Source: Octopus bimaculoides (lineage: Eukaryota). From it: a stretch of DNA of 64,000 nt. The notes beneath the pieces are model-generated. The model had not been told where the DNA came from. It did no database searches and saw only the letters and a program-made list of their open reading frames with translations. Made by a program: the position numbers and the translations under genes. Positions 36,839-48,890 of the stretch are shown here, piece by piece. The stretch lies in NCBI RefSeq assembly GCF_001194135.2, contig NC_068991.1:1454283-1518282 (forward strand). Reading direction: 5' to 3'. Numbering within the stretch: the stretch's first letter is position 1; each line of letters begins with the position of its first letter.

Positions 36839-39417
36839 GATACATATACACTCACAACTATCTATCTATCTATATATATATATATATATGCACTCATTAA
36901 CCCATGCATAATTACATGTATATTGAAACATATACACATGTATGCATATTTGTACATATATGCATACATAATACTCAAAGTCACATATACAAGTTGGTGA
37001 AATGACAGGATCTTTAGTGTATCGGAAGTAAAGCGATGTAGTCCTAGGTGCGGCTCTCTGTGTCCTAAGTTCAAATCCTGCTGACGTCAAATTTAATTTT
37101 CAACTTCCCCACCACACCACCAGGATCAATATAACTAAGTTACAGTTAAATCCGCGGTTTCCCAGTAAAAATATTTCAGGCTTTCTGACTATTTTGGAAA
37201 CCATTTTTTTCTAAATGTGATTTTGTTTTTGGCAAAAACGTATCAGTCTTTTTCCTTTCTTTCTTTTTGATTTTATATCTAATTTGCGATTGAATGACTT
37301 GGTAGAGATCATTGATTGATTGATGCGGTTCTTGCGTTTCGAGTTCAAATAATACCGGTTTCCATATTGTCTTCTATTCTTCTGGGGGGAATTTCCAGTC
37401 AAATGTGATCGGTGAAACGGTGGTTATTATTTTCTGAAATATTTTCAGTTTCAATGAAAATACTCTAACTTTTGTATTCGAGAACTATCTCCTCATTGTT
37501 TTCCACCAAGTTGGACACACATACACCCACACATTCATAAACACACACAAACAACACGCATATATTCACAGTCACATTCATAGTCCCACAAGTATCGGTT
37601 CAAATTTAGTTCTGCATTTATATCTACGATAGTCGTAATAAATATTCAATTTCGTTTTAAAGAAAGTGATAATCTCATTTAATTCCGACAGAATCCTATT
37701 TTCCATAAAAACAAAACTAAATGGTAGACATTACAATATCGAACTATTGGGATTCTTGCCTCTCTGTGGAAATGGCCACTTTCTGTAGTCAATTCTGCTT
37801 TAAAAAAATTAGTTTCCTTCATTGAAACATATTCTCACAAAATGGAAATGAAATTTCATAAGTAACACAGAGATAACACATTCAAATATATGATAACGCT
37901 AAACACACACACGTTATATCTCTCATCCGCATATATCTATATATACATATATATAGGCACAAACATATAACCACACGCTATCTCTCTTCTCTCCTTCACA
38001 TATGTCATATCTGCATCGTTTGTATCCTCACACACACACACACATACTGACAATCGTGCACACATAAGTATACGAAGTGGGTTGCGAGCACTTTAGGTTG
38101 TACATTACATTAGGAATCTATCTAATGACATTTCTGTCACTTATTTGTCGATCTATATATGTGTGTGTATACTAATACAAATACATACATACGGAGACAT
38201 CTGTATATTCATATAGATACATACATACATATATAGACAGATACAGAGATACAGATGGATAGATTAGAAAGCATTTCGCCTGGCGTGCTAACGTTTCTGC
38301 CAGCTCACCACCTTTCTTTAAATGAATATTACACAATGTTTGTCTAATTCTGATGTTCCTTCTCTTCAAATCTATTTGCTGAACACATTCCTCACTTAAC
38401 CTTCAACTCTTTCATTCTTATTTTCATTTGTTTTCTGTCCCATTGTCTGCTTCTAGGAATATTGCTAGTAGATGCCATAATTACGCACATACGAGCAAAA
38501 CTAAAGAAGGCGCCTCTGATTTGTTAATTTCAGAGGTGTACATCTCAAGCAGTTGATTTGATGTGGGACCGTGTGTGGAAACTATTGCAGCGCGGATGAC
38601 AAATATTAGACGTTCAAAAAGCCCCAACACTTCACACTTATAGATGAATTATTTGACGTCAAAATTTTCATCGCATCAACTGCGTCCCCATCATTGATAT
38701 AATTCCGCTACATCTATTGTGAATGAAATTCAACAAAAATCAAGTCAGTTGCAAAGGCAAGATGGTCATAATTAGAACGCTTATGATCATAGGTCTGCAT
38801 AATTAAGGTTGAACTACGGTTAACAATCAATAACAAATAGCAACATATATTTGCTCTCTTTAGATTATCTTTTATTCTCATTTGAACATAACAGGCGCAG
38901 ACTACAATCTTCGCTCTCACTTGGCCAAATATGATCAGAAATAAAGACATTGAGACTGAGAAGAGATAATCTCCTCGGCTCCACTTCATTATTCAATTCT
39001 GTATTCTTCAGTTTCTTTAATAAAGATAATCACTCTGATTCTGATAAATTACATCAACCGTGATTTATTGAGGTGATGTTGAGTGTGCGAACTAATGAAG
39101 TATATAAGTCTTTAACGACACGGTAGTCAGTTGTTTGTGTCGGTAACACTGCACACGTATAATGTCAAAAGCTTCCTCAGGGAAATTTCTAAATACTAAC
39201 CTTTTAAAGATCATTCGGAAATTAGCATGGTATCTCTCTCTCTTTCCCTATCTATCTATCTATCTATCTATCTGTCTACTGGTCTTTCTCCCATACTTCT
39301 GTCTCTAATACTCTCATCAGTATGCACATACATACGCTTACACACATACCCATATGTATATATATTTGTGTGTGTGTGTGTATACATATGTATATATTTA
39401 TATATATATAGTGTATG

Positions 39418-39458
<41 letters not shown>

Positions 39459-40589
39459 TGAGATATGTATATATAGTGTATATATATGTATATTCTTTCG
39501 AACAACGAAAGACACACACACACACACACACATATATAGTATCTCACAGAAGTATATCAAACCGCTAAAAATTTCACTAAAATTGCCATTACTCTGATAA
39601 TATCGAAGGAAAACAAACGAAATGTATACTGAATGAAATATATCGTACATGATGCAAACATTATACAAATTTGGAACACAAAACAATAAACATTTTCAAA
39701 GATATGAACAAAATATTAATTTTCAAACGCTACGAAAGTATGTACACCCTAAAGGAAATTTGCTATATTCAGTATTTTATCCATGGGGGGAGGTGAGGCG
39801 TGGGAGACCGGTCATAGGGGTCCTTTCTCCAGAACTGGTCAAGTATTGAGCGACGCGCTTATAGATTCCTCTCCCGGAAATTTGTTAGTTACGTACTAAA
39901 CAACATTCGATGTGTATAATTTGCACTGCAGTGCAATATAAATCTACTCTTGTAACTGTCTCTGCATTGTGACAATTATAAACAAATGAACTTATTTCTC
40001 TAAAGTTTAACCAGAAGAACGAAGACAGACACTGACACCATTGATGAGATCATCCTGGTTTATATTCAATTGTCAACTGTGAATAAATCATTGGCAAGCT
40101 TCGGGATCAACTTCGTTTGGATGTTCTCAACAGTATTGAAAATCAGTGTCTTGCGACAAGTCTGTCCTTGTGTGGAGGAAGTAAATCAATAATATAAAGT
40201 AGAATATTAAATTACTGACATCTAATTGCTGTCTTATTACATTAGTAATATTTATTACGATTCGTTTGGCGTTCCATTGGTGAAGATTCTGCAGCTGGTG
40301 TAATATAGCAGAGGTTAAGAATTGTCGAACTGGACATATTTCCCAGGAGTGCTTCTCAATTGCATTCAAGATTACGAGGTTATATTATGGCAACACAACA
40401 CACTTTTTCAATGCTTCTAAGGTTAATCACTGCGCATTACTAAATACTAGACACGTATATATATACACACATATATATATACACATATATATACACACAC
40501 ATATATACACACATATATACATACATATTCAGTTCACTTTTCATCCAAAATTTGAAGATATATATATATATATTTGGGAGAATATACAA

Positions 40590-40766
40590 ATAATAACAAC
40601 AGACGAGGACAGGTGGTGTAAATAACAAAAGGATATATTAGTATGACGCTCGGGAATACGGAAAGTCTTTGACGTTTCGAGCTACGCTCTTCAACAGAAA
40701 GAATACGGAGACAAGGAGAAAAACACGGAGAAAAAAATTTGAATAGTGTTCAGTCAACGTCGCTCA

Positions 40767-40797
<31 letters not shown>

Positions 40798-41830
40798 TTG
40801 TCAACCACAATCAAACCTATTTCTCTCAGTATAGGCATCAGGAAACTACTCTGTATGACTCAATTTGTTGTTATTTTCTCATTTTTACAAAGCTGTTACT
40901 TTCTAAGATTAATTCTTTAACTTTTTGTTGGGCCATTTCAACTGCTATGTCCCAGTTTCATTTGTTCTCCGATGTCAAGTGGTACTTTCTCTATATGTAT
41001 ACCTTCTTTTTAGCTCTAAGCCTGAATGTTGTGGATTGTATACTTCGTGCAGCTACCGGTCACTTTCGTATTATTCCAACCGCATCTCATTTGCTACTTG
41101 TGGTGGCTTCAGTTCTGCTTGGTGATTAGTGATCGGAAATTTTTGGATGAAAGGTAGATCGAACCATATCATGCTTTTTTTTTTTGTGGGTATTGGTTAA
41201 GTAATCAAAACATTTTCGTTCTTTTTCCTGGATGAATTATTGTAAAATAGGAGTTTTCCCTGTGAATTATTATACTTATTTGTTAATCTCTGGCAAACGC
41301 GTTCCTTTTTAGCGCTCATTATTTATAATTGGTGATACATTAAAGGCAGATAGAATTCTACAATGTTGATGTCCGTATTTTTAATCATTATATTTTCGAA
41401 GCAGGCGATGACTGAGGGCTGTTGATCCTTCTTACTAGTTTTGTTGCATGCCTAGTTTTGCAGTTCGATAACTTCTATGATTTTCCTATTCGCTAATTCT
41501 AATTATATATTCGCAGATTGATCAATATGAATTCGACTTTTGCTAAGGAATTGGTTGAGTGAACATTTAGTGTGAGGTATGATTGCATCTTACCATCCAT
41601 TCTCTTCTGTATCCGTAAACTAGTGGCCATCTCTTTCATTGATTTGGTCGGATATGATGCGCTTTACTTCTTGAAATTGTTCTTTAAAGTTGTTCGCAAG
41701 ATTTTGGAAGGTGTCTTTCTTGCATACAACTATTTTAGCTGTGTTTCTGAAAAGTAATTTGATGATCGAGGTTGAATCTAACGAATCTATTATGACAAAA
41801 AGATTTGCGTTCAATAGTTTTGAATTTTTC
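40590..41830 (-). mobile_element. Degenerate Penelope-like retroelement: RT C-terminus/linker remnant plus 3' pLTR with hammerhead-like motif
   Basis: Frameshifted minus-strand translation gives MIWFDLPF (cf. IWFNPPF), KNFRSLITK and NNTKVTGSCTKYTIHNIQA (cf. RNTVKVSYSCT.N...I..HN), all PLE linker motifs. A pLTR with CGAAACGTC lies at about 40600-40740. Confidence 0.72.
40666..40702 (-). ncRNA. Hammerhead-like motif with non-canonical core
   Basis: TCTTT CTGTTGA A GAGC-GTA-GCTC GAAAC GTC AAAGA: 5-bp stem I, 4-bp stem II, palindromic ACGU stem III. A6->U plus one extra A. Confidence 0.6.
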
Positions 41831-44824
41831 TACGTCTTATATTATTTTGGTTAATTGTTTCTTCGAAAGCAAACTGTTCTTATGTGTTTGTGTGGTCGTT
41901 GATTTTCTTTTCGCGACATTCTTTTACATATCTATTACTTTTTCAATACATTACAAGTATCGTTTCCTTACTGGGATTAGGATGTCTTTCTTGATTTCGC
42001 CCCATCCCGTGCTCAGACTGCAGAAACATTCCATATTCAAATTACTTCTCGGTTGGTAAATACCGCTGGATCTCATGGCGATTGTTTGTACATTTAAATG
42101 TTGTAGTTTATTGACAAAACTGGAATAGACTATCCAATGTATGTTGTACATTACATTGCATTTTCAATTTCTTTTTCTTTTTTCGTGGCTCAATTTTGAC
42201 GTCATTGATATCGTCAGTTGGGAGTATTTGTATTAATGTTGTATATATATATTGGAGAGAAATCATTCTTCTGTGAGTGGCTATCGTTTGTATTAATGGA
42301 GACCACTGTAAACAGATTACGGACACAGAAACAAACCAGTGAAAAAAATAGAACAATCAACGAATTGACAAATCAAACAATGACAACCATATATTAGGAA
42401 ATGTCTTAATAAAATAGCATTAGAAATCAGTCAGGAAAACGGTAACCAAAGACAAAAGACTGAACTCGCTTCAATGTTTGTAAAACCTGCTCAAATCCTG
42501 AAGTAAGATGATTGCCATGGCGTGAAACTCACTCATTTTAAATAAGCAAACTATTCTACCCATTGTGTCAAATATTTTAGTTTACTTGACAAACGGGCAA
42601 CATGTAAACCTCTCCGCACACATACGCGGGTATATATCTTTTCCTTTGATTATATTAACGTTAGTAATTCGGCTATGTCCATGTCGCTGCACCGTTTATG
42701 ATGCACACATAGACATATACTTACACACACACACAACGAGTATGTATGTGTATATATAAACATGTATCTATAAGAGAAAGAAAGCTCAAAGCTTTTGAGC
42801 TTGAATGGATAAAGAGATGAACACGTATAGACTTCTGACTTCAAGTGGGTTACATTAAAGGCATCCGGGAACCAGATGGCGATGTTATACGAGACGATAG
42901 ACTAAGTCTATTCGAATATGCTTTTACAATAACATTAATATATTTAAGATAATGCGATAATAAATGGATTTTATGAGTAAAGCAGTTGGGTTAGTATAAG
43001 CTTTAAGGTTTTAAATTCGACCAATATATTTCATTCAGGGTACGTAGCGTGGGAAGAATGTAAGGGTTAAGATCAATAATAGAAACTACAGAACGTTTTA
43101 TAAATGTGGATTATTTGATTAGATTTCAACACTTTCATTTCTTGAACTAATTTTTCTGATTTGGTGACTTTCATTTTGTTTGTTGTTTTTCAGCTGAATA
43201 TAATCTCCTTTTTATTTATGGTAACCTTATTTGGGTTTACAACAAAGGGAAATCAATTGGTAATATGCCACCATGATCATCATCACCATCATCATCAAAT
43301 ATTTAACAACTACTGAACCAAAAATAATGTGTGCGTGCGTATATGTGAGGAAGTGTGTATGTCTATATATATATATATATATATATATCAATAATAAGAA
43401 TTACGAAGTAGCATTACCATTACCTTTAATTCCTTTTTATGTATATACTAGCTGGCACCGTGCCGTCAAAAATGACAGCTAATTGTAGTATTTTATAAAT
43501 AAATATGGATGATAAATCAAATTAATACACTTGTCAATATTCACATACACATACTTCCCTTGTACACGCCCCTCTTCCTTTCTAATTCATATGTTGTGAC
43601 GGAGAAAAACACAAGAGTATTATTATAGTAGAAATACAACTTCAAATAGCCCTACACATGTAGAGAGAGAGAAATGTGTGAGGGTGTGATTGCGCTATTT
43701 AATCATTTCTACAAAATCATAAAATAAATTACATTATAATTACAAATATATTTTAAGGAAATAAATGGAAAATTGTCAAATAATTTCCTAATACAAGATA
43801 TATTCCTTTCCTTATTTTAGAATTCTTCCAGAAGCAGAAATGTGATTAGTTTATTTTATTCATTTATTTTATTTTATTTTTTGTCGTGAATTTTCCCTGT
43901 AAAAGTACAAAATACCTTTTTTCTTTTTTGAGGAATAATCAGACAGGAAATATTCTATTCCTGAAACTCTACAGAAAAATCCTAACAGCAATTAATCTCA
44001 CGAATTCAAAAAGCTCGGTAGAATTACCATTATGCTTTATTTTGCAATACTTTCGTTGTGTTGAGTGAAAAAGGAATTAGAGGGGAATTAATGAAACTGA
44101 TTTTAAGGCTGCAGTTTTGCACTTTTATCTGCTTCGAATTATTCAATCAACGTTTTGAATCACATGAAAAATAAATTGTCAGTTAGTATCTCTTAATTAA
44201 AATGATGCCCAGCATCGTCACTGGAATACAAATGGTATTATTGTAGTTGTGGTGGTTGGTATTATAATTCAGCACCTGCTGAAGCCTGATTCCGTAAATC
44301 TATTATCAAAGGTATTCCCATCCTCGTCTCTTGATATATTTAGAAATACTATAGTTTGCACTGTGTCAGTAGCGTGTTGGTAAGGGGGGAAATTGTAGGA
44401 TCCTATTTGTTATTTTAAAGAGCTTAGCAGACCACCTACATACCCCGCTCATGGAATCGCAAATAATTCGACGGGTATTTATCGGAAACTTAATGTAGAC
44501 GTAACTAATTAGTTATTATACTAAATAGTTCTAGTACATTAATTACTTGATTACAGTACAATAACTAATTATCATTACTAGTAATTAATACAATACAATT
44601 AATTGGCTATTTATCGAACTCAATTCGTGAATGTTCAATTCTGACTCCGCTGGAAGGATGACATACAACGTTGTTGCCGGAGGTAAGGATGTTAACAAGT
44701 AAAATGATATCGAATTTTGGCTCAACTTCTGCAAATTAGAGAAGGAGAAAGCAAAGCGCTCGACTGGTAACAACAACAACAAACAAAGAACACAGATAAT
44801 AATAATAATAATTCTTTATACGAT

Positions 44825-45090
44825 TGGCACAAGGCCTGAAATTTGAAGAAGGTTGATATTTGATTACATCAACCCCAGTGCATAACAAGTACTTATTTCA
44901 TCGACCCTGAAAGGAATAATAATAATCCTTTCTGTTATAGGCACAAGGCTTGAACTTTTGGGAGCAGCGACACCACTATTTCGCTGGTACTTAATTTATC
45001 GACCCCAGCGGATTTTGAACTCAGAATGTCAAAGCGGAGGAAATGCAGCTAAGCATTTTGCCAGACGTGCTAATGATTCTCCCAGCTCGA
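44825..45090 (-). mobile_element. Two tandem partial SINE family B copies
   Basis: GGCACAAGGC...ATCGACCC occurs twice, followed by TTTGAACTCAGAATG...CCAGCTCG. Confidence 0.7.
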
Positions 45091-45718
45091 TTCTGTCATA
45101 ATAATAGGTTCTAGTGTACCCATATTGATGGGTAACGCGTTATTTTTAGTCGATTGAACCAAGTTTCTAATCGGTATCTTTTGTTTTACTGGACTTGGGA
45201 CCCAAATTAAAGCCGTCTTCGTTGGTCGAGTGCCGAACTTAACAAGCAAGACTAAGGGAATAAATACCTCTTGGTTCTTACTCCGTCAATCTACCGCCTG
45301 TGTCAGTCCATTTTCGCACAGGAATGACAATGGTGATGGTATTTGCAATTGCTTTTAATAGCAATTCAAATCGAATTATTATCTTTGGAAATATTCCAAT
45401 TTAAATTTGTCCATTATATTCAGTTAATTTGTTCAGTGTAAAGTTATAGATTTTTTTTCAGTTTCAAAGTAATTTGCTACACTATTGAGTTAACGGATTA
45501 TTATTTTAATTATGTCAGATAAAAATATAAATAGTTCCATGTATATGGAAGGTGGAGAACTGGGTTTTGTTTATATTATTATAAAATAAAGTTCAATAAA
45601 CAATAGATTTTAATGACTAAGAGTATGAAGGGGAGAGGGAGAGAAAAAAGAGGCGGTGTAATTGGCAATTTTTCTATATAATTATTGTGTGTGTGGGGGG
45701 TGGTGAAGGTGTGTATTC

Positions 45719-46100
45719 GTGGCACTCCGTCGGTTACGACGACGAGGGTCCCAGCTGATATGATCAACGGAACAGCCTGCTCGTGAAATTAACATGCAAG
45801 TGGCTGAGCACTCCACAGACACGTGTACACTTACTTAACGTAGTTCTCGGAGAGATTCAGCGTGACACAGGGTGTGTCAAGGCTGGCCCTTTTGAATACA
45901 GGTACAACAGATACAGGAAGAAAGAGTGTGAGAAAGTTGAGGTGAAAGAGTACAGAAGGGTTCGCCACCACCTCCTGCCGGAGCCTCGTGGAACTCTAGG
46001 TATTTTCGCTTAATAAGCACTCACAACGCCTGGTCTGGGAATCGAAACCGTGATCCTACGGCCGCGAGTCCGCTGCCCTAACCACTGGGTCATTGCGCCT
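45719..46100 (-). mobile_element. Full-length tRNA-derived SINE, family C
   Basis: Minus-strand head AGGCGCAATGACCCAGTGGTTAGGGCAGCGGACTC...GGTTTCGATTCCC carries A and B boxes. The tail ...CGTCGTCGTAACCGACGGAGTGCCAC is shared with 22235-22430. Confidence 0.8.
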
Positions 46101-46162
46101 CAACTAGATGTGTATTATTCCTAAGCAGTTCGCTTCGCGACTATGTTGACTGGATTCGATCC

Positions 46163-46408
46163 CACTACAGCTAAGCGAGAGACCTACAAAACCCCTTGTA
46201 ACACCAAACATGAACTGAAGGTAAGGATTATGGCAGCATTCACCAACCTAAATAAGGAGTCCGTTGAGAAGAGTTACAGGAGATTCCGAAGTGGTCTGGA
46301 GGCCGTAGTTGAAGCGAATCGCGAATAAATTTCCTCTTCAATATTTCAAGATGGTTTTTATGTAATTTCGGTAACTAAATCTGTTAATGAGATAGAAGTG
46401 TTATTTTC
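46163..46408 (+). mobile_element. Tc1/mariner transposase C-terminal fragment and 3' flank
   Basis: ORF KRETYKTPCNTKHELKVRIMAAFTNLNKESVEKSYRRFRSGLEAVVEAN resembles the C-terminal helix of Tc1-family DDD/E transposases (..N..EL...I..A...L....V.KAC..F..RLEAVVEA.G). Confidence 0.8.
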
Positions 46409-46796
46409 GAAATAATGCATTTCTAAATCTCTCAGAGATAAATATACAATAGCAGCACGATAAAGTGATGTTTTGTTGCTAACTTAATGTGGCAGTCCCA
46501 TGAAAGGGAAGACTGCTACTGTTATTTAGCCCCAGGAAACATCGTTTCCACTTGGCTATGTGACACAAACGTTCTGTGTCCTTAACTTTTCAAACAGGGA
46601 GGATAATCACCTCCACCCAGCAAAGCCAGCATCCAGAGACTAGTTTCAGAGTTATTACTCTTCATCAGTCTGGAGTAGCTTGGCTTGCTAGCTGTCGATG
46701 TTTATTCGCCTTTGAAAAGTTATAGAATTTCAAGTGAAATAAATTCACTGATCTACAAAATTAGAAATACTGCATTTCTAAATGTCTCAGAGAGAC
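46409..46796 (-). mobile_element. HHR-bearing non-coding retroelement (PLE pseudo-LTR / retrozyme-like unit) with 30-bp terminal direct repeats
   Basis: Direct repeats 46409-46438 and 46764-46793 (28/30 identical, period 355 bp) bracket the ribozyme. No ORF. Lies immediately after a Tc1/mariner remnant. Confidence 0.7.
46632..46674 (-). ncRNA. Canonical type I hammerhead ribozyme
   Basis: Minus strand reads TCCAGA CTGATGA AGAGT-AATA-ACTCT GAAA C-TA-GTC TCTGGA: 6-bp stem I, intact CUGAUGA/GAAA core, 5-bp stem II with tetraloop, palindromic stem III (ACUAGU), and a GUC cleavage triplet (cut between 46638 and 46637). Confidence 0.92.
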
Positions 46797-46829
46797 TTGC
46801 GTAATTTAGACATATTCTTTTCTACTCTC

Positions 46830-47016
46830 GGTAAAAAGGCCCGAAATTCTGTGGGGGGAGAGCCAGTCGATTACATCGACCCCAGTACGCAACTCGCACT
46901 TAATTTATCGACCCCAAAAGGATGAAAGGCAAAGTTGAACTCGGAACGTAAAGACAGATGAAATACCGCTAGGTATTTCGCCCAGTGTACTTACAATTCT
47001 GCCAGCTCACCGCCTT
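46830..47016 (-). mobile_element. SINE family B
   Basis: GTCGATTACATCGACCCCAGTACGC...GAAATACCGCTAGGTATTTCGCC...GCCAGCTCACCGCCTT. Confidence 0.8.
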
Positions 47017-48304
47017 TAGACGGCAATATATTCACCACGCCCTGAATATATATATGTATGTATATGCGTGTAGTAGTAGTAGTAGTAGTAGTAACAACAA
47101 CAATAATAATAGATTACACGAAAGACATGAAAGAGTTATTCCTGTGTTTATATCGAGGTACAGGAAGTCTTCAAATTTTCCAACGAAAAAAGTGGAATGG
47201 AATGACATGAAGCGAAATAAAATAAAGTAAAATATCAGACGTTTTTGCATTTCACAATTTTTCGTCTCCTGCTTCAGGATGCTTCAATTTCTTTTTTTTT
47301 TTACTTTATTTCATTCCGTTTCATTTCATATCCTTGGAGAATTTTTCGAATGAGATAGCAATTTAACCGAATCGCCTGTTTAATTCTGCTCTTGAATATA
47401 TATTGAATATATACATATATATATGTATGTACGCATGTATCTATCCATCTATATATATGTGTATGTATGTATATTTGAAAGCATTCCCAACGATGGTATA
47501 AAAACAAGTTTATAACAATCTAAAACAAGTTACATATTGGCGTGCGTATGTGTGCGCTTATGCTTGTGTGTGTGTATATATATTACTGATAATGTCTTGG
47601 AATTTTCGCTAGTTGCCTGAATTATTGAAACTGTAATATGTGAGATGAGTGTGTGTCACGGGGGGGGGATCACATCGGATTGGATTGTCATTCTTCCCGT
47701 TGAAGAAGCTAGTTATACTAGTTACAATGGGAGGGGCTAATCTTAAAGAAATTAATAATAATCATGATTAATTAGTAAGTATTTAGCTATTTAAATGATA
47801 TAGCTTGTGGTATTTACTGACGTCCGTTCACAAATTTCGGTGGGACCGATTTTGCGTTTCATTCTTCGACGATTGATGGAGTAAGAAAAATATGAGACAC
47901 GAGTGAAGATTTATATATTGGAAACTATTCTGCGTCCCCACGCGATTCAAGAATTATCTCCGGCGTACAAGTATTTCTTTATATATCACAACATACTGAA
48001 CTAGAGGGAGAAAGAGAAAGAGAGAGAGAAAGAGAGGGAGGGAGGGAGAAGAAGAGAGAAACGGACAGCCTCAGACAGACTGAAAGTGAAAGTGAAATGT
48101 GCAAACGGCATAGAATATGTACTTGGATCGATTCATTCGACTAAAACCATTCTTCAAGGCGGTGCCCAAGCGTTATCGCTGTTTAATGATTGAAACAAGT
48201 ATAAGCTAGAATGATGTGTGTGTGTTGTGTGTGTGCGTATATATTTTGTTTTCTTAGGAAAAACATTACACCAATAATAATCATAATAATTTTATTTTAT
48301 TTAT

Positions 48305-48483
48305 TTGTTTCAGTCATTTGACTGCGGCTATGCTGGAGCATCGCCTTTAGTCGAGCAAATCGATCCCATGACTTATTCTTTGTAAACCTAGTACTTATTC
48401 TATCGGTCCTTTTGCCGAACCGCTAAGTTACGGGGACGTAAACACACCAGCAGTGGTTGTCAAACAATGTTAGGCGCACAAAC

Positions 48484-48526
<43 letters not shown>

Positions 48527-48675
48527 ACGGACTTCTTTCAGTTTCCGTCTACCAAATCTACGCACAAGGCTTTGGTCGGCCCGAGACTACAGAAGAAGAC
48601 ATTTGCCCAAGGTGCCACGCAGTGGGACCGAACTAGGAAGTTGGTAAGCAAGCTACTTACCACACAGCCACTCCT
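48305..48675 (-). mobile_element. Near full-length tRNA-derived SINE, family A
   Basis: Reverse-complement homolog of 15026-15360 from tail (TGTTTCAGTCATTTGACTGCGG) to head (CTTACCACACAGCCACTCCT). Confidence 0.88.
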
Positions 48676-48744
48676 TTCTAATGATTGAAACAAATAAAAG
48701 GTAGAATGATATGTATGTATGTGTGTGTGTGTTGCCTGAAATAT

Positions 48745-48890
48745 TGGGGGACGGGACTAATCGATTACATCGACACCACTACTCAACTGGTACTTGTCTT
48801 ATCGAACCCCAAAGCATTAAAGGCAAAGTCAACCACGGCAGAATTCGAACTCAGAACGTAAGGACGGACGAAATGATAAGAATACACAAA
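48745..48890 (-). mobile_element. SINE family B, partial
   Basis: TCGATTACATCGAC...GGCAAAGTCAACCACGGCAGAATTCGAACTCAGAACG. Confidence 0.7.

Noticed and set aside
39921-39936. Perfect 16-bp palindrome TTGCACTGCAGTGCAA
   Set aside because: Isolated, with no supporting context.
44506-44571. 17-bp AT-rich hairpin of pre-miRNA size
   Set aside because: Very low GC and weak stability; expected by chance in this composition.
44640-44692. Possible exon ending GGAG|GTAAGG, or RTE-like LRWKDDIQR
   Set aside because: No frame gives a CCKR TM3 sequence, and the RTE motif lacks its upstream context.
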